Sequence record: PZ452584.1
From: a phage
Length of the DNA stretch: 64,000 nt
Strand: one strand, 5' to 3'
Shown here: positions 1-7,890 of the stretch, piece after piece
Position numbering within the stretch: the stretch's first letter is position 1
How the letters are laid out: each line of letters opens with the position of its first letter
Notes under the pieces: model-generated
What the model was told of the DNA's origin: nothing
Database searches by the model: none
Seen by the model: the letters and a program-made list of their open reading frames with translations, nothing else
Translations under genes and position numbers: made by a program

Positions 1-194
1 GAATTACGTAGAAATATCCTGCTTTTGAGAGGTCTTTATAAGTTCCAATCAAGAAATCGTTATTCTCAAGATGTAGTTCTTCAACTAATTCATTAACAAT
101 TGAGTGGTATAAATTTGGTAGAAACTTATATAGCTTTTCTAGAATATCAATTTTGATTGTATATTGAACCGCAGATTGAGAATCAATAATCATA
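1..194 (-). CDS. hypothetical protein, N-terminal fragment (gene runs off window start)
   Basis: ATG near 192-194 with purine-rich RBS upstream on minus strand; frame open to window edge; read from text, approximate. Confidence 0.3.
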
Positions 195-276
195 GACCTT
201 CCCCTTATGTTTCTGTTTGCGATTAGATTCTTTAAACGCTTTCTTCTTATCTTTATGGACAGAAGCTTTATTAAAA

Positions 277-495
277 TTATGTTTTGCGACTAAATTGTTC
301 ATAATGCTGAATTACCTCTCTTAAACATTTGCATGTGAATGAAAACTTTTTAGCTACACCACATTCAAATATATGTTCTCTTAAATCACGTGTATCAGTA
401 TATTCCATCTCAACAATAAAATGCCGTATTAGATTTTTATCTTTATCATTGAGAGAATTAAAATAATCCGACTTTGAATTAATTTCCCTGGCCAA
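277..495 (-). CDS. hypothetical protein (72 aa as listed; start uncertain)
   Basis: ORF track; first codon appears to be TTG, an internal ATG would give 43 aa. Confidence 0.4.
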   Translation of the reverse strand: MAREINSKSDYFNSLNDKDKNLIRHFIVEMEYTDTRDLREHIFECGVAKKFSFTCKCLREVIQHYEQFSRKT

Positions 496-775
496 ATTGA
501 ATCACCTTCAGTTGACGTTTTAGCTCTTTTATCATCTCTTCGTTCATCGCAATATAAAGATCACGTAAAGCAGGTTTTAGCATTCCATTTATTGGGGAAC
601 TAAATGGACATACATAATCTTTTCCTACGAGCTTTTTAGTGAATTCCATGTCACAAAACTGAAATGCAGGTTCATTAGCATAAATTCCCCAATTGGTTGA
701 CATCATTTTATTGGCATATTCCAATGCTTGGATTTGATTAGTAATTCCATCAATTTGAAACTTTTTAATATTCAT
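479..775 (-). CDS. hypothetical protein 98 aa
   Basis: ORF track; ATG start with GAGGA RBS; stop/start overlap with upstream gene. Confidence 0.55.
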   Translation of the reverse strand: MNIKKFQIDGITNQIQALEYANKMMSTNWGIYANEPAFQFCDMEFTKKLVGKDYVCPFSSPINGMLKPALRDLYIAMNEEMIKELKRQLKVIQFGQGN

Positions 776-1236
776 TAGTAAAGGTCCTCAGAGTAAAGTT
801 CTTTTTCACTACCACCGCGTTCAATACGTACTTGTCCAGCGTAAGTTGCAATAATCATTGCTTCTTCACGTGTCCAATAATTACTATATTGGTCAATAAA
901 CCCTTGGTCATCATCACAAACTTGCTGAGTAACTAATTGGGGTTTAACTACATCTAAAACTTCTGCCATATCTTTAGAATAATGACGAGCACCCGGAATA
1001 ATAAGAGTTCGTCCATCTTTTAATTTAAAACGGTTGGCTGCGCAAACAATTCGTCGTTGATACTTTTGGTTTTCATCCCAGTATGCAGACTGCCAGCAAA
1101 TTTCAGGAACTTCTTTCAGAATATCTTCTTCTGTGCATTTATAACCATGTGCTTTAAATTTTTGAACAAGACTTTCTGGAGTCTCACGAGATAAAGGAAC
1201 ATTCAACATTTTTAAACGATTAATAAATGGGTTCAT
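775..1236 (-). CDS. hypothetical protein 153 aa
   Basis: ORF track; ATG overlaps stop of upstream gene; AAGGATGG RBS. Confidence 0.55.
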   Translation of the reverse strand: MNPFINRLKMLNVPLSRETPESLVQKFKAHGYKCTEEDILKEVPEICWQSAYWDENQKYQRRIVCAANRFKLKDGRTLIIPGARHYSKDMAEVLDVVKPQLVTQQVCDDDQGFIDQYSNYWTREEAMIIATYAGQVRIERGGSEKELYSEDLY

Positions 1237-1562
1237 TTAAACCATCCTTTAATACGCTGCCACAAAGTTTTCTGTTGAGCTTTGTTAACACCAATCGAGC
1301 GAATAACTGGTTGAGATTCCTGGAATTCTTTATAATCAGCAAGATAAATTTCGTAAGCTGCATCTGTAAAGGAACTTATCGCTGCCATAAAATTATTGCG
1401 AATACCTACTGGAGCATCTTTACTTTCACGAATAATCATGTATTTACCAGTCTTAATCTTTACGATAGTTCCAAGATAAGCTCCATGGTACCAAATATCC
1501 CAACCCTCTTGAGTAGGTTCTGCACAACGACGAAGTTCATTAACAATTTCTAACTTGTTCAT
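1233..1562 (-). CDS. hypothetical protein 109 aa (motA.1 position)
   Basis: ORF track; ATG with GAGGAA RBS; directly downstream of motA. Confidence 0.6.
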   Translation of the reverse strand: MNKLEIVNELRRCAEPTQEGWDIWYHGAYLGTIVKIKTGKYMIIRESKDAPVGIRNNFMAAISSFTDAAYEIYLADYKEFQESQPVIRSIGVNKAQQKTLWQRIKGWFK

Positions 1563-1572
1563 TATTTATTCC

Positions 1573-2208
1573 TCACAGTTCAGATGCTACAGTGATTACA
1601 GCTTCAATGTTTTCTGCCGAGCGTTTAATGTCAAGATATACATTACCATTTTTAGCGATTTTACATGACATACCGATATCAGTAAATTTCTGAATATGAT
1701 GTTCCATCATTTTGTATCCAAAAATTCGCATATTTCCATTATTGTTAATTTCAAAATTACGAATTCCGTGAGTGCGTTTTTCTAAAATAGCGAGATAGTT
1801 ACTACGGTAAGTTTCAACTTTTTTAAGAACAAATCCATTTTCATCTAAAAGTTTTAGCATGAGGTCTTTATCTTCTTCCATATCGGAAGTAATCTCGCGA
1901 GCTTTACGAGTTGCTCGTTTTTTCAGCAGTTCCGGAGCATTTTCCTGTGCGTATAAAGTTGCTGCATTTGAAATAATATCCTGAGCTTCACCAGTAATGA
2001 TTAATCCATCACCAGATTTCTCCACCAGGCCTTTTTTAATCAATACCCCAATATTACTATTAACTACTGCATTACCTAAATCTGGATGCACCTCACGAAC
2101 TTCTGCAGCTGTAATGAAATCTTTCTTAGCAATAGTAATTAAAATCGCAGCAGTTTTTTCATTCAGAACATCGTTAGAAGCTTTGATGATGTAAGTTACT
2201 TTAGACAT
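1573..2208 (-). CDS. motA: MotA, activator of middle transcription
   Basis: 211 aa, same length as T4 MotA; sequence recognised; conserved position next to gene 52; own early promoter upstream. Confidence 0.9.
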   Translation of the reverse strand: MSKVTYIIKASNDVLNEKTAAILITIAKKDFITAAEVREVHPDLGNAVVNSNIGVLIKKGLVEKSGDGLIITGEAQDIISNAATLYAQENAPELLKKRATRKAREITSDMEEDKDLMLKLLDENGFVLKKVETYRSNYLAILEKRTHGIRNFEINNNGNMRIFGYKMMEHHIQKFTDIGMSCKIAKNGNVYLDIKRSAENIEAVITVASEL

Positions 2209-2214
2209 TTTCTA

Positions 2215-2300
2215 ATCTCCGTAATTCTGTATCAGTAGTTGATAGTTGTATAGTACCACAGTATGCTTTGGTTGTAAACCGTTTTGTGAAAAAAATTTTG
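2215..2300 (-). repeat. PeSL-like cassette copy 1 (early promoter, conserved leader stem-loop, RBS) upstream of motA
   Basis: Minus strand reads GTTTAC-N18-TACTAT, then CAACTATCAACTACTGATACAG and GGAG before the ATG; same about 75-nt block recurs at six other sites; approximate. Confidence 0.7.
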
Positions 2301-2310
2301 AAATAAAAAA

Positions 2311-2330
2311 GGGAGAGCCTCGGCTCTCCC
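2311..2330 (-). terminator. intrinsic terminator after gene 52 unit
   Basis: GGGAGAGCC...GGCTCTCCC perfect inverted repeat followed on the minus strand by a T-run; approximate. Confidence 0.6.
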
Positions 2331-2335
2331 TAAAA

Positions 2336-2485
2336 TTACTGCATGACTGTGATAACTGTCATGATAACACGTTGAATTCCGAACGCAAGAAGACCTCCTG
2401 CTACGGCTGGAACAACGCCTAAACCCGCCAGTAAAATGCTACCGGATACTAATGCAGCGCTTGTAATACCAATGAATGGACTCAT
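2336..2485 (-). CDS. small hydrophobic protein about 49 aa
   Basis: ATG overlaps gene 52 stop (ATGA); predicted single TM helix; below ORF-track size cutoff; read from text, approximate. Confidence 0.3.
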   Translation of the reverse strand: MSPFIGITSAALVSGSILLAGLGVVPAVAGGLLAFGIQRVIMTVITVMQ

Positions 2486-3810
2486 TTGATTTCCTCTAAA
2501 TCTTTAGTGTATTCTGTAACTACATCAGTAGTTTTCCAATATTCGTTTTCTTCTTTTTTGGCTTTAGCTTCTTCAGCAAGTTTCTTCGCTTCATCGGAAG
2601 TCATATGAAAAATATTCATTCCAACCAGTTTATCAACATAAGAAGAATACATATTGATTTTCGAAAGTTCTTCGGTCAGTTCTTTACGAGTTTTACCCTG
2701 TACAACAATTTCACCTGAAATTACTTTCTTAATGAAATGTGCCTTGGCAAAGGCTAAACGAAAAGCGGACTCAGTTTCTTTAATTTTGTTATCAATTCGT
2801 TTTTGGACATAAGTTTTACGAACTTCAACAAAGTCTTTAATTAAATCAACTACGTTATCGTAAACTTGTAGTTTTCCTTTCTCATTAATAACCGTAATAT
2901 TCTGAGAACGACGCTCAATCAACCCGAAGTCTTTCATAATTTTTGCATGACGTTCTTCTTCATTATCGCTCAAAGAATATTCTTTGCGGAATTTAACTTT
3001 GAATCCAAAACCATGCTCACCACAAGCATCATCCCATGTAATGAAGCCTTTATCTTCAAGTGGGTCTAAGATTTTACTCACATAAGTTTCACGATCATAC
3101 TTATACGGAATCTCAGTGATATTCATTTGAGTTCGTGAAGTAAACTTGTACGTTCCACGAATTTCATATTGCCCATCAATTTCAACGACTTCACCACGAA
3201 ATTCTGGGAATTCTACCTTCGGTTTAGTTACTTTCTTTCCTTGAAGAGCTTGTAATACAGCTTTCTTGACAGAAGAAACACTATGAGGAAGAATGTAAGT
3301 TGCATAACCAGTTGCAATACCGGAAACGCCATTAAGAAGAACAGTAGGAATAATAGGCAAATAGAAAGCAGGCGGAATGTGTTCTTTATCTTGATGTACC
3401 GGAGCATATTCAGTATCTTTATATACGTTATAGAAATTTTTACTTACACGAGCAAAAATATAACGACTTGCTGCTGCTTTTTGGACGGTACGAGAACCAA
3501 AGTTTCCTTGACCATCTAACAGAGGAAAGTTATTATTCCAAGTGTTAGCCATCAAAGCACCTGCGTCTTGCGCAGAGTTTTCACCATGATGATATCCAAG
3601 GTCCGCTACACCACCTGCAATAGAAGCGAGTTTGTGAAACTTATCTTTATTTCCTCGTGCCAAATCAAGAGCTCGAGCAATAACAAATCGTTGAACTGGC
3701 TTAAATCCGTCAATCATATTTGGGATAGCACGATTTTCAACCGTGTACATAGCATAAGCCAATGCTTCATTATCAATGATACTTTTTAAATCGCGATTAT
3801 TCAGTTGCAT
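2482..3810 (-). CDS. 52: DNA topoisomerase II medium subunit (GyrA-like)
   Basis: 442 aa, same length as T4 gp52; sequence recognised. Confidence 0.95.
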   Translation of the reverse strand: MQLNNRDLKSIIDNEALAYAMYTVENRAIPNMIDGFKPVQRFVIARALDLARGNKDKFHKLASIAGGVADLGYHHGENSAQDAGALMANTWNNNFPLLDGQGNFGSRTVQKAAASRYIFARVSKNFYNVYKDTEYAPVHQDKEHIPPAFYLPIIPTVLLNGVSGIATGYATYILPHSVSSVKKAVLQALQGKKVTKPKVEFPEFRGEVVEIDGQYEIRGTYKFTSRTQMNITEIPYKYDRETYVSKILDPLEDKGFITWDDACGEHGFGFKVKFRKEYSLSDNEEERHAKIMKDFGLIERRSQNITVINEKGKLQVYDNVVDLIKDFVEVRKTYVQKRIDNKIKETESAFRLAFAKAHFIKKVISGEIVVQGKTRKELTEELSKINMYSSYVDKLVGMNIFHMTSDEAKKLAEEAKAKKEENEYWKTTDVVTEYTKDLEEIK

Positions 3811-3814
3811 AAAT

Positions 3815-3955
3815 TTACCATACTAGTGAATGTAGTGCCATAATAACATCAGAAATGAAAAGCACGACTTGAATTAATCCGAACATTACTCCATAATATA
3901 GTGCTACCAATAAAGTAGCAAGGGATAATGAATAGCCCAAGATTTTCTTAATCAT
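3815..3955 (-). CDS. small membrane protein about 46 aa (T4 52.1 position)
   Basis: ATG-initiated hydrophobic micro-ORF ending just upstream of gene 52 start; read from text, approximate. Confidence 0.4.
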   Translation of the reverse strand: MIKKILGYSLSLATLLVALYYGVMFGLIQVVLFISDVIMALHSLVW

Positions 3956-4106
3956 TAGTAGATAACAACACAAATGTTAAATATGCACACATACCCTGGG
4001 CTAAAGCTTGTGAAAACACACTGCTAGCATCGATACAGATAGTTAAAACACATGCTACTATCCAACAAATAAATGAAATAACTCCTAATAATTTTGCGAT
4101 ATTCAT
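3948..4106 (-). CDS. Ac-like small membrane protein, 52 aa
   Basis: ORF track trimmed to internal ATG (M11) preceded by GAGGAG; paralog of the adjacent 51-aa ORF (shared ...SVF.QA.AQG... core). Confidence 0.5.
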   Translation of the reverse strand: MNIAKLLGVISFICWIVACVLTICIDASSVFSQALAQGMCAYLTFVLLSTND

Positions 4107-4116
4107 AATATTCTCC

Positions 4117-4272
4117 TCAACTATTTTTAGAACCAATGTACGCGAATAATGATAAAATCGCTAATACGCCCTGAGCTGATGCTTGCAAAAATACTGAAGT
4201 TTCTCCAGTTATTACTGTTCCGATGCATAAAAAGAACCAACAGAAAAAGGCTATACCGTGAACAAATTTCAT
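4117..4272 (-). CDS. ac: Ac-like small membrane protein, 51 aa (acridine-resistance protein position)
   Basis: ATG-initiated 51-aa hydrophobic ORF immediately downstream of stp, the T4 ac position and size; read from text, approximate. Confidence 0.4.
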   Translation of the reverse strand: MKFVHGIAFFCWFFLCIGTVITGETSVFLQASAQGVLAILSLFAYIGSKNS

Positions 4273-4279
4273 ATTTTCC

Positions 4280-4360
4280 TCACTGGCGTCCGAAGACGCC
4301 TTTGGTTTTAAGATTGTTACGATAGAACTGCATCACATGTTCGTTATGGAAATTACTCAT
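4280..4360 (-). CDS. stp: Stp peptide (26 aa), activator of host PrrC anticodon nuclease
   Basis: Translation [26 protein letters not shown] matches T4 Stp as I recall it; ATG overlaps ndd stop (TAATG); below ORF-track size cutoff. Confidence 0.8.
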
Positions 4361-4803
4361 TAATATGCCTGCAAAACAAATTTAAAGTTATCAGCCAACA
4401 TACGGTTCATTTCTTCAAGTGTTTGATACTCAGAATGATGATTACGAGTAAACGCTAAAGCTAACTGACCTTTTCCAAATCCTGTCGTCAGAGGTTTCAT
4501 CTTAGAAGCAGGCAGATAAAATACTGTGTATACCATATTGTTATTTGCAATAGTACGCGCAAGTTGAGACCGGCGTTGACGAATATGACTTAAAACCGCA
4601 CTAAATCCTTGCTTAGAACGCTGATTACCTACATAAAATCGTGCAGATACGCATGAACCATCGAATTCACTTACTAAAAAGTAAAATCCAGGTTTAGACA
4701 AAATGTCTTTATGCGGGGTTCCCAAAAACCATTCACCACCCTTAATTGTACCAATAACAGTTGCGCCTGCATTATTCAGATCAGTAACAGTCATATATTT
4801 CAT
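4360..4803 (-). CDS. ndd: Ndd, nucleoid disruption protein
   Basis: ORF track trimmed to internal ATG (M17, MKYMTVTDL...) with AGGAAA RBS; sequence recognised as T4 Ndd. Confidence 0.85.
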
Positions 4804-4863
4804 TTTAATTTCCTCTAAATTATTTTCTACTCCAAGGCCGCATGAATACACACGGCCGATAAA

Positions 4864-4980
4864 TTAATCGTCGCAGTCGACGCTCAATTCCCAAAACTCT
4901 TCTACGGTATAAGTTTCAGTATCATTTTCAATACAGAAACGTTCATTACTGTTATTTGCTAAAGTAGCGTTAACTGTCAT
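4864..4980 (-). CDS. micro-ORF about 38 aa
   Basis: ATG overlaps stop of upstream micro-ORF (ATGA); read from text, approximate. Confidence 0.25.
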   Translation of the reverse strand: MTVNATLANNSNERFCIENDTETYTVEEFWELSVDCDD

Positions 4981-5078
4981 TTTCTCGCTAGTCTCTTAAG
5001 AGGTGAAATACGAATTAACTGATCACCATTATCTAAACAAAAAATTTCACCAACTTTTACATCTTTAAAAATTTTCAT
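4977..5078 (-). CDS. micro-ORF about 33 aa
   Basis: ATG with GAGGTG RBS; read from text, approximate. Confidence 0.25.
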   Translation of the reverse strand: MKIFKDVKVGEIFCLDNGDQLIRISPLKRLARK

Positions 5079-5086
5079 AATTCACC

Positions 5087-5194
5087 TCAGGGAGTATAAA
5101 ATCCAAATGCAGTTGTTGACCATCCCATCCAATATGGGATATTTGCGCCAATGTAAAATACAAGAATATAAAACCAAATGCTTAGTAAATTCAT
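5087..5194 (-). CDS. hydrophobic micro-ORF about 35 aa
   Basis: ATG overlaps stop of upstream ORF (TAATG); predicted TM peptide; read from text, approximate. Confidence 0.25.
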   Translation of the reverse strand: MNLLSIWFYILVFYIGANIPYWMGWSTTAFGFYTP

Positions 5195-5391
5195 TATTTT
5201 ACACCATTCCAAATTGTTTCAACCACAGATTTCAAACCATTTTGGTGAATATCCATTCCGACAACTGCCATCAAATAAATTCCAACTACAACTGAACCTA
5301 AGGCAAAAATCAGCATGAAAATGAATAAAGCCGGAAAAATATTATCGAAAAACCATTCAATAAATGTAAAAGCACTACGTTTACGCTTCAT
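5194..5391 (-). CDS. small membrane protein 65 aa
   Basis: ORF track trimmed to internal ATG (M8, MKRKRSAF...) with GAGGAAA RBS. Confidence 0.45.
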   Translation of the reverse strand: MKRKRSAFTFIEWFFDNIFPALFIFMLIFALGSVVVGIYLMAVVGMDIHQNGLKSVVETIWNGVK

Positions 5392-5398
5392 ATTTTCC

Positions 5399-5512
5399 TC
5401 ACATAAATCCAAAATAAGCGTTTAATACATCAATCATTAAAACGATTGGGAATATACTCAAAACTATTAGTATTATAACTACATTCCATATAGCTTTAAT
5501 AATCTTTTTCAT
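5399..5512 (-). CDS. small membrane protein 37 aa
   Basis: ORF track trimmed to internal ATG (M46) that follows the PeSL leader and GGAGG RBS; the listed N-terminal extension is read through the leader. Confidence 0.4.
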   Translation of the reverse strand: MKKIIKAIWNVVIILIVLSIFPIVLMIDVLNAYFGFM

Positions 5513-5514
5513 TT

Positions 5515-5590
5515 TCTGTTCCTCCATAGTTGATAGGGTAATAGTACCACGGAGGAACAGTCTTGTAAACCACTTTTTTAAAAATATTCG
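5515..5590 (-). repeat. PeSL-like cassette copy 2
   Basis: GTTTAC-N18-TACTAT plus CCCTATCAACTATGGAGG leader variant; approximate. Confidence 0.65.
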
Positions 5591-5787
5591 TAATAAATGT
5601 GAATACCAATCACTACCGCCGAAACTTGCGCAACCCACCACGCACAAGCAATAAGTACAGAATTCAAAATTTTCATAATAACCTCATTACAAAAGTAAAT
5701 GTTAAACAAATTACTGGAATACTAATTAACCAAATAAAACACCACCATAGTGAACTCATAGTTCAATCTCAACGATTTTCATTTTAC

Positions 5788-5994
5788 TCAATAATCCGCT
5801 AAAAGATCGACGATTGCATCACGAAGACACTTATTCGCAATACGTTTAAGAGCAATTTCAGTTTCTGGAGCATTTTGAATAATCATTGAATTCAATTCAG
5901 CCTCAGCAAACTGAAGTTCTTTAACTAATTCAGCTTTATATTTTCCTTGCCCTTTCTTAGCTTTTGCTCGTTTTAATTCAGCTGTAGTAAACAT
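5788..5994 (-). CDS. hypothetical protein 68 aa
   Basis: ORF track trimmed to internal ATG (M34) following PeSL leader and GGAGAA RBS. Confidence 0.5.
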   Translation of the reverse strand: MFTTAELKRAKAKKGQGKYKAELVKELQFAEAELNSMIIQNAPETEIALKRIANKCLRDAIVDLLADY

Positions 5995-5996
5995 TT

Positions 5997-6080
5997 TATT
6001 CTCCAAATCCGTATCAGTTGATAGTTGTATAGTACCACGGTCCTTGTGGTATGTAAACTGTTTTGTGAAAATTTTTAAAT
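5997..6080 (-). repeat. PeSL-like cassette copy 3
   Basis: GTTTAC-N18-TACTATACAACTATCAACTGATACGGATTTGGAGAATAAAATG; approximate. Confidence 0.7.
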
Positions 6081-6632
6081 GGAAAGATACCATCCGTTGT
6101 AGTTGCTTTTTCTTACAACCTTACGAAGGTCTTCTCTATCACCGATGAACTTCGGAGTGTACTGGATGACACCTGGATGAATTTCTTTAGTGTTGAATAT
6201 AATTATACAGTCAGCGACTTGATGATTCAGAATGGGCCCTAGATTTATTCCAGAGCCATATGGATACTCTCCGCTGCATCCGGTTGTTACCGAAATCCAA
6301 CGCGAGTCAGTTTGATGTGTTTTGACTTCTACACGAAGCCCACAGTATTTTGGATGCGCCAATACATCCCATGCATATGTATATGGGTCATTAACATCCT
6401 CTTGGCCTTTGTTAACATACCCACTCAACCAATCTGCTACCACATACTCGGCATACACAGCAATACGACATCTTTCGATAACTTCTGCCTTATCCTGATT
6501 TGGATTTTGTTTTAAAGAGTATCTTGCAGTATCAGCAATTTTGGCCTTCATTTCACTAGTCAAGTCACTGTTAGATAGGGTAAATAACGGAATCTGAAAT
6601 AGTCTCTGCAAACCCGGATTCGTTTTCTGCAT
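6075..6632 (-). CDS. denB: DenB, endonuclease IV
   Basis: 185 aa, same length as T4 DenB; position between rIIB and ndd. Confidence 0.8.
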   Translation of the reverse strand: MQKTNPGLQRLFQIPLFTLSNSDLTSEMKAKIADTARYSLKQNPNQDKAEVIERCRIAVYAEYVVADWLSGYVNKGQEDVNDPYTYAWDVLAHPKYCGLRVEVKTHQTDSRWISVTTGCSGEYPYGSGINLGPILNHQVADCIIIFNTKEIHPGVIQYTPKFIGDREDLRKVVRKSNYNGWYLSI

Positions 6633-6698
6633 TTAAACTTTCCTTTATGTCGGAATCACTGATATTCATATAATAAATCATAATTTCTCTTAAAACAA

Positions 6699-6714
6699 AA
6701 GGGCCGAAGCCCTT
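6699..6714 (-). other. C(UUCG)G intercistronic RNA hairpin
   Basis: AAGGGC-UUCG-GCCCUU on the minus-strand transcript; same motif near 6927-6942, 34567-34584, 36739-36752, 42920-42937, 44189-44208 and 46296-46311, several overlapping stop codons; approximate. Confidence 0.6.
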
Positions 6715-6717
6715 ATT

Positions 6718-6912
6718 TTATTTGAATTGTGCAATTCTTTTCTCTAGACATTCAGCATAAGATTTCATTGAGATGAATTGTGAAAGCAGCAGTTCTTGCT
6801 CAACTGCACTAACCGTTAGAAACTTTGCGCTTTCTAAAAATTTGCTCAGTGCATTAATTTTGAGCATTAATTGATCGTATTCTTCTTTTACTCGTGCTTG
6901 ATAACCTAACAT
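6718..6912 (-). CDS. hypothetical protein 64 aa
   Basis: ORF track; ATG preceded by GAGGAAA; immediately downstream of rIIB. Confidence 0.55.
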   Translation of the reverse strand: MLGYQARVKEEYDQLMLKINALSKFLESAKFLTVSAVEQELLLSQFISMKSYAECLEKRIAQFK

Positions 6913-6940
6913 AATTTTCCTCAGTTAAGGGCCGAAGCCC

Positions 6941-7879
6941 TTATTTAAATTGTTCAGTAACGTCTTCAACTACTTCGTATTGGCAGGTACGCATTTTAGC
7001 ATCGTTGTAATCAATCGGAATTGATACTACATCACGTGGATGTACTTTAACTTTTACAACTCGGCTGGTTGAACTGCCAAAGTGACGAATATAAGATTTA
7101 GAACACACATGCAGACCACGAGAACAAGTTTGTGTATCATCGTCATTCACACGAGTACGTGGCATTTTAACTACTTTACCCGGACTGTTATCAAAGGTAT
7201 TTGAGTGACAGTCAAAGTAATTGCTGCGAACTACTTTCCAAGCATAGAAGTAACCATCTTCTGTAATTTCAATATCGTTTGCTACTAAGAAATCAAAGAG
7301 TCGAGATACCGCTTTTTGGCTTGGGTTTTCCAACAGATTTTCCAGGAACGGAAAATAAAATTCAAAGTTTTCACCTTTTTCCATCGAATCGAGAATACGA
7401 TCAACCAAACCAGACCGCAATTCAATATTTTGATAGAACAAGCTTCCACCTTCAATTCGAACATCACCGGAAATATATTTTTCAACAGCGCGACGAACAT
7501 TAATTTTTTGTGCCGCTTCTTCTAACTTATCTGCTACGAGCAGATTAAGAATTTCCTGGAAGTTTGAATGAGTATTAGGAGTTGCGTTATAAGTTACACC
7601 ATCGACAGTAATTGAAATGAATTTTTTAGATGCATTCCAAATAATGTCAGATTTAGCAACTGGAGCAATAACTGCATCGCTATTAACTTTAACTGTAATA
7701 TCACCGCTAATAGTAACTTTAGAGTGTTTAGCTTCTTCAGCATTTTTCAAAACACGACGGATTGTGTCAACCGATACACCTTGCCAATCAGCCAATTCCT
7801 GTTGGGTGTAATTACCACTTGAATACAGCTTAACAATTTCAGCTTGTTCGTTTTTGGTCAGGCATTTAATATTGTACAT
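6941..7879 (-). CDS. rIIB: rIIB, rapid-lysis/membrane protein
   Basis: 312 aa, same length as T4 rIIB; sequence recognised; start and stop verified in text. Confidence 0.95.
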   Translation of the reverse strand: MYNIKCLTKNEQAEIVKLYSSGNYTQQELADWQGVSVDTIRRVLKNAEEAKHSKVTISGDITVKVNSDAVIAPVAKSDIIWNASKKFISITVDGVTYNATPNTHSNFQEILNLLVADKLEEAAQKINVRRAVEKYISGDVRIEGGSLFYQNIELRSGLVDRILDSMEKGENFEFYFPFLENLLENPSQKAVSRLFDFLVANDIEITEDGYFYAWKVVRSNYFDCHSNTFDNSPGKVVKMPRTRVNDDDTQTCSRGLHVCSKSYIRHFGSSTSRVVKVKVHPRDVVSIPIDYNDAKMRTCQYEVVEDVTEQFK

Positions 7880-7890
7880 AATTTTCCTTA

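Noticed and set aside
5399-5647. Long N-terminal extensions in the ORF track (MENKM..., MCVVGC...STMEEQK, MFTRPFLCGTIQLSTTEEQK, MVSFHLKIF...DLENK)
   Set aside because: They are translations of the conserved PeSL leader read from an upstream TTG or GTG; the real start is the ATG after the GGAG RBS. The recurrence of the same peptide in unrelated genes is a nucleotide repeat, not a shared protein domain.
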